A stretch of 64,000 nt of DNA from Phycisphaerales bacterium UBA5793 (GCA_002418285.1 DIDT01000018.1:90309-154308); one strand, 5' to 3'; shown: positions 25,814 to 34,663, numbered from the stretch's first letter. A program made the numbers and translations. The notes: generated from the sequence alone by a model not told the origin.

Positions 25814-28477
25814 TTATGGTTTGGTCGACTCGGCCGGTGAGCTCGATGACTCGGTCGTCTTGGGAATGCGTCGCGCCCATCGGCTGATCAGAGGCCGGTA
25901 GCGCTGGGGGATCGCCTCTTCATTGAGAGCACGCTCGATCGCCTGCGCCGCTTCACGCAACTGCGTGATGTCCATGGGCTGACGGTCGACAGCGCCTTCC
26001 GGGCGCGCCTGGTCGGGGCCGTACATCTCGGCAATGACGCGATCATTGCCCGGCTTGTCCTGTGTGGAGAGGTTCACATCTTCTGTGTCATACTCAAACA
26101 GTTTCGGATTCTGCACCGCCTGTGTCGGCAGCGTGCGGTCGAGGAGTGATCCGGGAGACCCGTCGGGTCCGCTGGTCCCTCCGGCGGTATTCTCGCGCGC
26201 CCTCTCCGCCGCCCATTGCTCGAGTTCCCGACGTTCTTCAGGCGACATCTGCTCCAGCAATTCCTTGGCGGCGTCGCGCATCTCCTGTGAGATTTCCTGG
26301 TTGGGAGCCGTGCCGCCGTCCTTTGACTTGTCAATCTGATCCAGCGTCTCTCGCAATCGCTTGACCTTGTCGCTGACGCCTTGTGGCCCATCGGCTGTGC
26401 GACCGGAGGGATCAATCCTGGTGTCGCCATTCGGCGTGGGACCCGGACCGGGTGCCTGGCCATCGTCAGAAGACGCGCCGGGAGTCGGTGCCGCGCCTGG
26501 CTCAGTCATGCCCTGACCGGGTTCAGGCTGCGGGGGCTGCGAACCAATGCCCGGCTCAGGTCGCGGCGTCGTGCCTTCCGTGGCCGTGGGCTCGCCTTGC
26601 TCTCCAGGCTGCGGCGTTCCCTCAGACTGGGGCTCTCCACCTTTACCGGGCGGCGGTTCGGTGGCGGGATCTCTGGACACATTTCCGCCCGGCTCAACCT
26701 TTGGCGCTTCGGTCGGCTTCTCGTCCGGCTGGGGCTGCGTCCCCTCGACAGGCTTGGCCGTTTCGCCCGGGGCGGGTGTCGCGTTGGGCTTGGTGCCGTC
26801 TCCCGGTTTGGTAGTTTCCGTCGGTGTGCCGGCCTCACCAGGCTTGGCAGTCTCATGCGGCGTGCCTGGCTGGATTCCTTCCTTGCGAGAATCGGGCTGT
26901 TCCGCGCTCTGACCCTGCTGGTCGCCGGTCGGCGGCTTGTCGCTCGCACCGCGCTCGTCGCCGTCCTGTCCCGCGGGTTTGGCGTTCTCCTCGCCCTGCT
27001 TTCCCGAGCCGTCGGTGCTGCGATCGTCTCCTCCCGGCGATTGCTCCGGTGGAGTGGCATTCGATGGATCGCGCTGAGAATCCGGTTGCGTCTTTGGTCC
27101 GCTCTCCGGTTCAGTCTTCGGCTGCTCGTGGGTCTGGGGTGGTGGAGGTGGCTGATCGATAGTGTCAGCGAGCTCCGACACTCGCCTGGCCGTCTCCTCG
27201 AGTTGCTCGCGCGACTTCTCTTCAGCCGCGCGCTCTGCGAGCTCACGCTGCACCTGCTCGGCCAACTGTTGCGCATCGATCGGATCTTGCCCCTGATCCT
27301 GCAACTCGCGGCGAATCGCGTCGAGCGATGGTATCTCCTGCCGCCACCTCTCGATTTGCTCAGGCGTCAAGCCCAGATCTTCAAGTGACGGGTCTCCGGA
27401 AGTGGCAGATTCAGCCGACTCTGGCGGCTGTGCCGACTTGGAAATCTGCTCCGCTGTCTGGCGCAGGGAGTCGGCCAGAGCCTTCTGCTCCTCGAGCGGC
27501 GCTGCTTTCAATCGTTCTTCAAGTGACTCGAGCCACTTGGTCGCCGCCGCGATGTCGCCGTCCTTCAGCGAGTTGGCAAACTCGTCAGCCGCGCCCGGCG
27601 TAGTGGGAGGCTCAAGATCAGCCAGTCGTTCTGCAGCGCGCTGCTGTCCTTCCCGCTCAATCTGTGCTTCGCGATCGAGACGATCCGCCAGCTCGATCGC
27701 TTCACGCGCCGCCGAGGACAACTCGGCATCACTCGTCCTGGACGCCGTCGACTTTGACCCGGCAGGGGCGTCGCCTGAAGAGGTGTCGAGTTGCTTGGCC
27801 AATCGATCAAGCGTGGCCAGCGCCTGCTGTTTGGCGGCGGCATTGGCCTGCTCCGTCGCCTCTGGATCAGTCGCCGCGTCATCTCGGAGTTGTGCGGCTC
27901 GCTGGCGCAGCGACTCAGCCGCCCGCTGCCGCGCATCCAGCGCGGCGATCTGATCGGCCGTCTGTTCGGGTCGGGCAAAGACGTTGTGTGGTTCGACGAG
28001 CAAGAGCAGCAAAACGCATCCAATCGCGCCAAGCAACGCCGTGCCCCACGACATGGGCCACCTGATGCGGGCCGCTCCGCGCGGGTCGATGCGAGCCGCC
28101 ACTTGCTGCGCGTCTTCATGCACCCATCGCGTCATTGGATTGTCATGATCGGCCGATGACAGCGACTGCACGGAAATCGCCGTGCCGAGTCGATCCTTGA
28201 GCTGCAGGCCGTCGTCGAGCAGCACGGCCGCATCGAGTTCGGCGGCCCGCCGATGCCAGGCGATGGCGCACGCGACGGGAGCGCCGCTGAGCGAGATCAG
28301 TGCGATCATCCACGCGGGCAGCCCCAGTGCCGTGAACCGATCGACGAGCGTCAGCACAAGTGCCGCCGCAACGGAAATGGTCAACCACAGTCCGCCAAGC
28401 CGCACCGCATCGGCAATGAGCAGCCGCCGGCGCGTTCGCGCAATCAATCGCTCAAGATGTGATGCCGGTCGGCTCAT
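25814..28477 (-). CDS. Membrane protein with a long coiled-coil and acidic/Pro-Thr-rich low-complexity region (DUF4175-like by recollection)
   Basis: Start ATG 28477 ([19 protein letters not shown]). Two N-terminal TM helices, an Ala/Glu/Gln-rich coiled coil, about 250 aa of P/T/E/G/K low complexity, and a C-terminal '[12 protein letters not shown]'. Confidence 0.6.
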   Translation of the reverse strand: MSRPASHLERLIARTRRRLLIADAVRLGGLWLTISVAAALVLTLVDRFTALGLPAWMIALISLSGAPVACAIAWHRRAAELDAAVLLDDGLQLKDRLGTAISVQSLSSADHDNPMTRWVHEDAQQVAARIDPRGAARIRWPMSWGTALLGAIGCVLLLLLVEPHNVFARPEQTADQIAALDARQRAAESLRQRAAQLRDDAATDPEATEQANAAAKQQALATLDRLAKQLDTSSGDAPAGSKSTASRTSDAELSSAAREAIELADRLDREAQIEREGQQRAAERLADLEPPTTPGAADEFANSLKDGDIAAATKWLESLEERLKAAPLEEQKALADSLRQTAEQISKSAQPPESAESATSGDPSLEDLGLTPEQIERWRQEIPSLDAIRRELQDQGQDPIDAQQLAEQVQRELAERAAEEKSREQLEETARRVSELADTIDQPPPPPQTHEQPKTEPESGPKTQPDSQRDPSNATPPEQSPGGDDRSTDGSGKQGEENAKPAGQDGDERGASDKPPTGDQQGQSAEQPDSRKEGIQPGTPHETAKPGEAGTPTETTKPGDGTKPNATPAPGETAKPVEGTQPQPDEKPTEAPKVEPGGNVSRDPATEPPPGKGGEPQSEGTPQPGEQGEPTATEGTTPRPEPGIGSQPPQPEPGQGMTEPGAAPTPGASSDDGQAPGPGPTPNGDTRIDPSGRTADGPQGVSDKVKRLRETLDQIDKSKDGGTAPNQEISQEMRDAAKELLEQMSPEERRELEQWAAERARENTAGGTSGPDGSPGSLLDRTLPTQAVQNPKLFEYDTEDVNLSTQDKPGNDRVIAEMYGPDQARPEGAVDRQPMDITQLREAAQAIERALNEEAIPQRYRPLISRWARRIPKTTESSSSPAESTKP

Positions 28478-28557
28478 GCTTCTTCCATCGACCACGCGGC
28501 CGCCGTCAAATCAGGCGGTTCTTCCGATTATACAGGAGGAGCGCCGTGCCGGGCTGT

Positions 28558-29340
28558 TCAAACGCATGCTTCGACTGGAATGCCGAAAAAGCGAGCCGTG
28601 TTGGCGTTGATGACCTCGTGAAACGCCTCCCACGACTCGCCACGCAACTCCGCCACGAATCGAGCCGTGTCGGCGGCGTACTGCGGCTCGTTGGGGTAGA
28701 TCTTGCGGTGGGGTTCGGGCGTCAGGAAGGGGGCGTCGGTCTCGATCATGATCCGATCAGCCGGCGTAATCTGCGCCGCTTCCCGGATACTGCCGGCGTT
28801 CTTGAATGTCACGATGCCGGTGTAACTGATCATCGCGCCAAGGTCGAGTACATCGCGAGCATCATCCCGTCCACCCGTAAAGCAGTGAAACACGAACCGC
28901 TCACCCGCCAGGCCGCTGGCCCGGAAGATCGGCAACAGTTCATCAAACGCCTCGCGGCAGTGGACAATGATCGGCAGGCTCAGCCCGCTTCCCTTGATCA
29001 CATCCAGTTGTTCGGCGAGCACGCGGCGCTGAACCTCCAGCGGCGGATGGTCATAGTGCTTGTCCATGCCGAGTTCGCCAAAGGCCACGCACCGGTCGGC
29101 TCGCGCGACCCTGAGCATCGCGTCCCAGTCGGCAGGCTCATCGGCGTGCAGGGGATGCACGCCGGCCGAGCACCACACATTTGAGTGCCCCTCGGCCAGC
29201 CGCAGGCAGTCGTGGGCATTGGCGGTGGTGGTGCAGACGGTAATCGCCCCGACCACGCCACGCAGGCGAGCTGCCTTGAGGACCGCCGGGACGCGACCGG
29301 TGTACTGAGGAAAGGTGAGATGGCAGTGGGTGTCGATCAC
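28558..29340 (-). CDS. tatD: TatD-family metal-dependent hydrolase
   Basis: It has 'MIDTHCHLTF', 'GELGMDKHY', 'IIVHCREA', 'VFHCFTG' and 'IMIETDAPFL'. Confidence 0.9.
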   Translation of the reverse strand: MIDTHCHLTFPQYTGRVPAVLKAARLRGVVGAITVCTTTANAHDCLRLAEGHSNVWCSAGVHPLHADEPADWDAMLRVARADRCVAFGELGMDKHYDHPPLEVQRRVLAEQLDVIKGSGLSLPIIVHCREAFDELLPIFRASGLAGERFVFHCFTGGRDDARDVLDLGAMISYTGIVTFKNAGSIREAAQITPADRIMIETDAPFLTPEPHRKIYPNEPQYAADTARFVAELRGESWEAFHEVINANTARFFGIPVEACV

Positions 29341-29389
29341 GTAAGCACAAGTCTACTCACAACAATTTGTGGAAAACAGCCGTTACCCC

Positions 29390-29418
29390 TTGCGATCGCA
29401 GCGGTTTTCTGTTAGGAT
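29390..29418 (+). promoter_or_regulatory. Candidate sigma70-like promoter for paralog 1
   Basis: TTGCGA, 17-nt spacer, TAGGAT, about 127 nt upstream of ATG 29545. The promoter consensus for this lineage is unknown to me. Confidence 0.25.
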
Positions 29419-29544
29419 GGCGCCAATGTGCTGGCGAGTGGATTGCTCGTGGCATCCGTGGTCTCGCCAGCAGAACTCTGACAGGGGGAGAGTTCGCTCG
29501 TGGCGGCCCCCCTGATCCTTTCGCGCAATGAGGAGGAGTAGATC

Positions 29545-30492
29545 ATGTCGAAGATCCTGCGTAATGGCGTTGCATTGGGCATCGCCGCGATGGCTCTGGC
29601 TTCCGTGGCGAATGCTCAGGTGCTCCGCCCCTCGACGCCGCATGCGGCGTTCAACTACATTCCATTTGGAGGAACCGGACAGGTTTGCACCATGCATCAG
29701 GTGTTCGACCGTTCGCTCTGGAGCGCTCCGATGGAGATCTCTGCCCTCGGCTTTTCAGTGTTTGATACAAACAATGGACAGCGGTATGACAGCGACGTCG
29801 CCATTCGTCTGGGCTACACCGAGAAGGTCCCCGGCCAGAACCCGCCGACTGGTCTTGACGGCGTACTTGCGAACAATCCGAGTGGATCGATGAACGAGGT
29901 CTTCAGCGGTCGGGTCTCTGAAGTGCTCGTTGCCGGCGGCACCGAAGCCTTCACATTCGTGATCCGCTTCGACAGGCCGTGGTGCTATGACCCCGCGCAG
30001 GGCAATCTGCTGGTCGAGATCAAGTCGTCCTGGGTCTCCGGCGCTGACCTCGCCGTCGGTCGAACGTCCGGCAGCGCTGAAGCATCTCGCGCGTACAACT
30101 CGACGCGCTTCGGCGACCTAGCCTCACCCACCACCGCCACCCGCATGGACTTCTACGAGGACGGTTGCAGCGGCGGCGGTCCTTCGCTCCGCGTCACGGG
30201 TGAGTGTCCCGGTCGCGTGACCGTCGCGTGGGGCGGCGCAACACCGAATCGTCCCATGGCGATCGTGTACGCGAATAACACTGGCAGCTTCGTCGTCCCC
30301 GGCGGACCTTGCGCCGGAACGCAACTCGGTCTCGGCACCAGCGGGATTCAGGTCGCCTTTCAGGGCGGAACCGGCTCGGGCTCCGGCCAGGTCAACAGCA
30401 ACGTGGGAACCGGTGTGTGCGGGCACTACATCCAGATGGTCGTAGTCTCCGGCAGCCCATGCGAGACGAGCAACGTCGTACAGTTGCCGTAA
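29545..30492 (+). CDS. Secreted protein, tandem family paralog 1: 'QVF' N-domain plus C-terminal 4-Cys module ending SNVVQLP
   Basis: Signal peptide ...ASVANA|Q and RBS GAGGAGG. It shares 'YDPAQGNLLVEI', 'ASRAYNS..FG' and 'ATRMDF' with paralogs 2-3. The C-terminal module is at nt 30175-30489. Confidence 0.85.
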   Translation: MSKILRNGVALGIAAMALASVANAQVLRPSTPHAAFNYIPFGGTGQVCTMHQVFDRSLWSAPMEISALGFSVFDTNNGQRYDSDVAIRLGYTEKVPGQNPPTGLDGVLANNPSGSMNEVFSGRVSEVLVAGGTEAFTFVIRFDRPWCYDPAQGNLLVEIKSSWVSGADLAVGRTSGSAEASRAYNSTRFGDLASPTTATRMDFYEDGCSGGGPSLRVTGECPGRVTVAWGGATPNRPMAIVYANNTGSFVVPGGPCAGTQLGLGTSGIQVAFQGGTGSGSGQVNSNVGTGVCGHYIQMVVVSGSPCETSNVVQLP

Positions 30493-30533
30493 GTTCAATC
30501 CTGCATTGAGAGCAGGAAACTCAGTCTTTCGGA

Positions 30534-30570
30534 GCAACCTCAGGCCGCGCCTGAGGTTGCTTTCCTTTTT
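30534..30570 (+). terminator. Rho-independent terminator after paralog 1
   Basis: GCAACCTCAGG-ccgcg-CCTGAGGTTGC (11-bp perfect stem) followed by TTTCCTTTTT. Confidence 0.75.
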
Positions 30571-30751
30571 GCATGGCATCTCGCGATCCTCAGGCGAGGC
30601 ATTGGCAGGGAAACGACCGTGATGTGCCACCAAGTTCGCGATTACGGCGCGACTCCGTCGGACCAGCATGTAGCATGCACAAGGCGAACGCGGCTGGTTC
30701 GCGCTGAGTGCACGCCCCTGCGATTCGCGTCAATTCCGTGGAGGTTGCATC

Positions 30752-31675
30752 ATGTCCCGCACCAGTCATTTGAGCGTGGCCGTCGCAGTCGCGGCAGCGG
30801 CATTCACGTCGTCGGCTCTCGCGCAGGTCTATCCGAATTTCGCCCATGAGCACTACAACAGCATGCCCTTCTGGACGGACGAAATCACATACCAGCAGGT
30901 CTTCGCCGCAGTGCAGTTTGGCTCTGCTCCCATCGAGATTCACTCAGTGGCCTTTGCGCCCTCGCCAGCCCATAACGGCGAAGAATTCCTGCTTGACCAG
31001 GTGCGAATTCATCTCGGCTACACCGACAAACAACCCGGCGAACTCTCGCCCGATCTCTCCGCCAACCCGCGCGGTTCCATGACTGAAGTCTGCAATGAGT
31101 TCAACTGCGAAGGTGTTATCGAGTCCGGCGGCGGCGACCACTTCTCGCTTCGCTTCGTCTTCACGACGTCGTTCTGCTATGACCCGGCCAACGGCAACCT
31201 GCTCGTCGAGATCCGGGCCGTGAATACGACGCTCATCGGCATTGCAACTTCGTGCTGTACCGGCATGCCGGCGGCATCACGTGCGTGGAATTCGTTCATG
31301 TTCGGCAACGGCGCCGACACCGTCGCGACGCGCATGGAGTTTCTCATCACCTCATGCGGCGGACCGATGCTGACGCTCGACGGCCACTGCCCAGGTCAGA
31401 TCGACGTCGCGTGGAGCAATGCGGCGCCCGGCGAACAGATGGGCATCGTCTATGCCCATTCGACCGGTTCATTCATGGTCCCCGGTGGACCCTGCGCCGG
31501 GACGCGACTGGGCCTCGGCGCCAATCGACTGCAATTGATCCGCACCGTAGACACCGGCTCTGGTCAGGGCGGCATCAGCGGCAACGCCGGAAGCGGCGCC
31601 TGTGGCGGATACCTTCAACTCGTCGTCGCATCCGGCAATCCCTGCACCGCCAGTAACGTGGCTCAGTTGCCCTGA
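30752..31675 (+). CDS. Secreted protein, tandem family paralog 2: 'YQQVF' N-domain plus C-terminal 4-Cys module ending SNVAQLP
   Basis: Signal peptide ...SSALA|Q. It has 'YQQVFAAVQFGSAPIEIHSVAF', 'YDPANGNLLVEI' and 'ASRAWNSFMFG'. The module is at nt 31358-31672. Confidence 0.85.
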   Translation: MSRTSHLSVAVAVAAAAFTSSALAQVYPNFAHEHYNSMPFWTDEITYQQVFAAVQFGSAPIEIHSVAFAPSPAHNGEEFLLDQVRIHLGYTDKQPGELSPDLSANPRGSMTEVCNEFNCEGVIESGGGDHFSLRFVFTTSFCYDPANGNLLVEIRAVNTTLIGIATSCCTGMPAASRAWNSFMFGNGADTVATRMEFLITSCGGPMLTLDGHCPGQIDVAWSNAAPGEQMGIVYAHSTGSFMVPGGPCAGTRLGLGANRLQLIRTVDTGSGQGGISGNAGSGACGGYLQLVVASGNPCTASNVAQLP

Positions 31676-32037
31676 ATAACGCACGCTCCCAGATCACCGA
31701 ACGTGCCGGGGGGTTGCGAACGCAGCGGCCAATCGCCAGTCGCATCGGCAAGAGGCGAGCGGCCGTCTGATGGAGGGCGTGAACAAGTTGCCCCATCGTG
31801 TCCGAACCACGGCGCGGTCATCCCTCGGTGGGTTACCACACCAGCCAGTAGTTCGTCAGTTCAAAGTGGGAAGGATTGCCTGAATCGTCACGGGGAAGCG
31901 ACCCTGATTCCATTTCAAATCGCCGTTCCGTTTCAAAGTGCGAAAGCACGGCGAACTAAAATGGACCCAGCGACACGTTCGGACCCGCGCTGAATCTGCG
32001 GGCGTCATGGCGCGCAGTACCAAACGGAGAGTAAGAA

Positions 32038-32961
32038 ATGTCTCGGATCAACAAAGTGGCAACCGCGGCAGCTGTCGCGGTGGCGGTATTTGCGTCGTCG
32101 GCAGTCGCCCAGCTCTATCCAAACCATCCGCATGGCGGCTGGAACGGCATTCCGTTCTGGACCCCGCCGTGTGGCTATCAGCAGGTCTTCGCCGCCGGAC
32201 AGTTCGGCTCCTCGCCGATCCTCATCCACTCGTTGTCATTCGCGCCGGATTCGTTCTACAACGGCGAAGACTACATCATCAGCAACCTCGTCGTCCAGGT
32301 CGGGTACACCGACAAAGCGCCGGGCGGGCTTTCGGCCGACCTGCCCAGCAACGTGCGAGGCTCATTGACGCTGGTCATGAATTCGGCATCGTTCCATGGA
32401 ACGGTTGACTCGCAGGGGCCCGACCACTTCTCCATGAGACTCCCCTTCACCACTCCGTTCTGCTACGACCCCGCCAATGGCAACCTCCTGGTGCAGATCG
32501 ACCTGAACGGCAGCTCGCTTGGCATCGCCATTTCAACCACATATGGCCTGCCGGACTCCTCGCGCGCGTGGAATTCTTCGATCTTCGGCAACAGCACCGA
32601 CACCGTGGCTGCTCGCATGATGTTCGAGACTACGCCTTGCACCTCCGGCCTGACCCTCACCCTCGGAGGCCGATGCCCTGGCTCAATCAACGTCGCCTGG
32701 AGCAACGCAACGCCGAGTCGACAGATGGGCATCCTCTACGCCCGGGCAACAGGCAGTTTTGCCGTGCCCGGCGGACCATGCGCCGGAACCCGCCTCGGAC
32801 TGGGCTCCAACCAGCTCCAACTCGTGAACACCATCGGCACCGGCAATGGAACTGGCAACGTCAATGGCCAAGCCGGCTCGGGCGCCTGCGGCGGCTATGT
32901 CCAACTCGTCGTCGTCGACGGCAACCCCTGCACGACCAGCAACGTCTTGCCGTTGCCATAG
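32038..32961 (+). CDS. Secreted protein, tandem family paralog 3: 'YQQVF' N-domain plus C-terminal 4-Cys module ending SNVLPLP
   Basis: Signal peptide ...SSAVA|Q. It has 'YQQVFAAGQFGSSPILIHSLSF' and 'YDPANGNLLVQI'. The module is at nt 32644-32958. Confidence 0.85.
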   Translation: MSRINKVATAAAVAVAVFASSAVAQLYPNHPHGGWNGIPFWTPPCGYQQVFAAGQFGSSPILIHSLSFAPDSFYNGEDYIISNLVVQVGYTDKAPGGLSADLPSNVRGSLTLVMNSASFHGTVDSQGPDHFSMRLPFTTPFCYDPANGNLLVQIDLNGSSLGIAISTTYGLPDSSRAWNSSIFGNSTDTVAARMMFETTPCTSGLTLTLGGRCPGSINVAWSNATPSRQMGILYARATGSFAVPGGPCAGTRLGLGSNQLQLVNTIGTGNGTGNVNGQAGSGACGGYVQLVVVDGNPCTTSNVLPLP

Positions 32962-33005
32962 CGGCGGCCGGCAACTGCCGCGCCCTCGGCGGAACTTGAT
33001 CCCTC

Positions 33006-33044
33006 CAGACAACCTCACGCCTTCAGTGGGGTTGTCTGTTGTAT
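33006..33044 (+). terminator. Terminator-like hairpin after paralog 3
   Basis: CAGACAACCTCAC-gccttca-GTGGGGTTGTCTG (13-bp stem with one G-U), then TTGTAT, a weak U-tract. Confidence 0.5.
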
Positions 33045-33204
33045 AGGTCAAGTCACCCCCAAATGAGCATGAGTGGAGGCAATTCATGCGCAAAAAGGGC
33101 AGAACCTGCACACGAGTTTGCGATCTTCTTGTACAATGAAAGAGCAGAGCCCTTGAGAGTGCTCGCCGTACCGCAACCGTCGTTCTCATGAAGGAGGGAA
33201 CCCA

Positions 33205-34113
33205 ATGCGTACAAGCAAGATGATTTGTGGCCTCGCTGCCCTGGCGCTCGTCGGCGGAGGGAGTGTGGCGTGGGGACAGTTCACGAACGACGATCTGGAG
33301 ACCGGCGATTTCACCGGCTGGACCGTGCAGAACACGCCCAACGGCGTCGGCGCTCCGGGGGTTATCGAGCAGTATGACATTGACGGTGGGGGCCCGAAGC
33401 CTTCGAGCTATGCCGCCAAGTTTGCCGTGGGTCAGGCTCAGTTCCAGTCGGGCCAGCAGGAAGGTGTCGAGATGGTCCAGAGCCTCGATCTCGTCGATGG
33501 CGTGGAATATACCGTCAGCTATTCCTGGGCTACCAAGCGCGAGTCGAATTCCGGCAATGTGACTGGTGGCGTCTTCTCCGTCATCGTCGACGGTCAGATC
33601 GTCGGAACGCCCCTGGATTCGGGCGGCATCGGCGGCAGTTACGGCTTTTACAAATATGGTGAGTACTCCGCCACCTTTACCGCGTCGGGCACCGGGCCGC
33701 ACGAGGTGGGTGCACGCATCACCCGACCCTACCAGTCGCCTGGCGACGTGTTCTCCTATGTCGATGACTTCGACATCGATCCGCCAACTGGCGGTGGCGG
33801 CCCCTCGCTGCGTGCGATCGGTGATTGCCCGGGTCGGGTAACCGTCTCCTGGGCCAACGCAACTCCGAGTCGTCCGATGGCGATTGTCTACGCGAACAAC
33901 ACGGGTAGCTTCGTGGTCCCCGGCGGCCCCTGCGCGGGCACCCCCCTTGGACTCGGCACCAGCGGAATCCACATCGCTTACCAGGGTGGCACCGGTGGTG
34001 GTAGCGGTCAGGTTTCCACGAACATCGGAACGGGCGTGTGCGGCCACTACATTCAGATGGTGGTCGTATCCGGCAGCCCGTGTGAGACGAGCAACGTCGT
34101 CCAACTGCCGTAA
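33205..34113 (+). CDS. Secreted protein, tandem family paralog 4: different (jelly-roll/CBM-like 'GDFTGW') N-domain plus the same C-terminal 4-Cys module ending SNVVQLP
   Basis: Signal peptide ...SVAWG|Q and RBS AAGGAGGG. The N-domain is unrelated to paralogs 1-3. The module at nt 33796-34110 is about 86% identical in protein to paralog 1's module. Confidence 0.85.
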   Translation: MRTSKMICGLAALALVGGGSVAWGQFTNDDLETGDFTGWTVQNTPNGVGAPGVIEQYDIDGGGPKPSSYAAKFAVGQAQFQSGQQEGVEMVQSLDLVDGVEYTVSYSWATKRESNSGNVTGGVFSVIVDGQIVGTPLDSGGIGGSYGFYKYGEYSATFTASGTGPHEVGARITRPYQSPGDVFSYVDDFDIDPPTGGGGPSLRAIGDCPGRVTVSWANATPSRPMAIVYANNTGSFVVPGGPCAGTPLGLGTSGIHIAYQGGTGGGSGQVSTNIGTGVCGHYIQMVVVSGSPCETSNVVQLP

Positions 34114-34157
34114 TCGGAACCAACCAGCGCCGTGCGTGCGGCACCTGCGACAAACAA

Positions 34158-34196
34158 CAACCTCATCCCGCGGCGGGATGAGGTTGCGTTTTTTTC
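34158..34196. terminator. Strong bidirectional rho-independent terminator
   Basis: CAACCTCATCCCGC/GCGGGATGAGGTTG (up to 14-bp complementary arms), followed by CGTTTTTTT on the + strand and by TTGTTGTTTG on the - strand. Confidence 0.8.
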
Positions 34197-34243
34197 AGAG
34201 CTTCCCATGCGGTACGTTGCGACCCGCAGGTTGGCGAAGTGAC

Positions 34244-34471
34244 TCACGCCGCTGGGCGGGGGCCGTCATCTTCGAGGCCATCCAATTGCTGCCGGAACGA
34301 ATCCAGCGTGGTGCTGAGTCGATCGATCGTCCGCAGGGCTTCGTCGCCGGGATCCACGCCGTCGGCGGCAGGATGGAGCATGTCTTCGATCAGTCGGAAG
34401 GGGAGTGGCCCAAAGTCGTCCTCGCTGTCAGGGCTGCACGTCTCGGTGAGCCTCAGATTGGGGTAAACCAT
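34244..34471 (-). CDS. Small acidic hypothetical protein (75 aa)
   Basis: AAGGAG lies 9 nt upstream of ATG 34471. It ends 48 nt before the bidirectional terminator. It has no recognisable family, so it could be spurious. Confidence 0.3.
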   Translation of the reverse strand: MVYPNLRLTETCSPDSEDDFGPLPFRLIEDMLHPAADGVDPGDEALRTIDRLSTTLDSFRQQLDGLEDDGPRPAA

Positions 34472-34601
34472 CGCATCGCACTCCTTGAAGTGGTTAATCG
34501 TCTGGATCGAGGTCTCCTCTTCAAGATCGTCAAGTTACGTGGATACCTTGACTTAGGGGTGGAATCAGAGTTTTCTGGACCGGATCGACCTGCAAAGTCG
34601 T

Positions 34602-34626
34602 ACAAAAACCACCCGGAACACTCCGG
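34602..34626 (-). terminator. Terminator-like hairpin after dnaB
   Basis: On the - strand: CCGGAgtgtTCCGG followed by GTGGTTTTTGT, about 40 nt after the dnaB stop. The stem is short. Confidence 0.4.
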
Positions 34627-34663
34627 ATTGGCCATGTCTGATAACCGGAGTTGGTTCAGGCGT

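Noticed and set aside
26381-27388. 335-aa + strand ORF and several other long ORFs (26506..27276 -, 26547..26912 +, 27402..27953 +) in the same region
   Set aside because: The low-complexity coding region of 25814..28477 keeps all frames open. Only the - frame has an N-terminal TM topology, a coiled coil and a conserved-looking C-terminus. I also considered a DNA tandem repeat or CRISPR-like array here and rejected it, because the repeats are imperfect and at codon level, with no spacer structure.
32683-34104. 473-aa ORF on the - strand spanning paralogs 3-4
   Set aside because: It crosses an intergenic region with a terminator and is antisense to two genes that have signal peptides and conserved modules.
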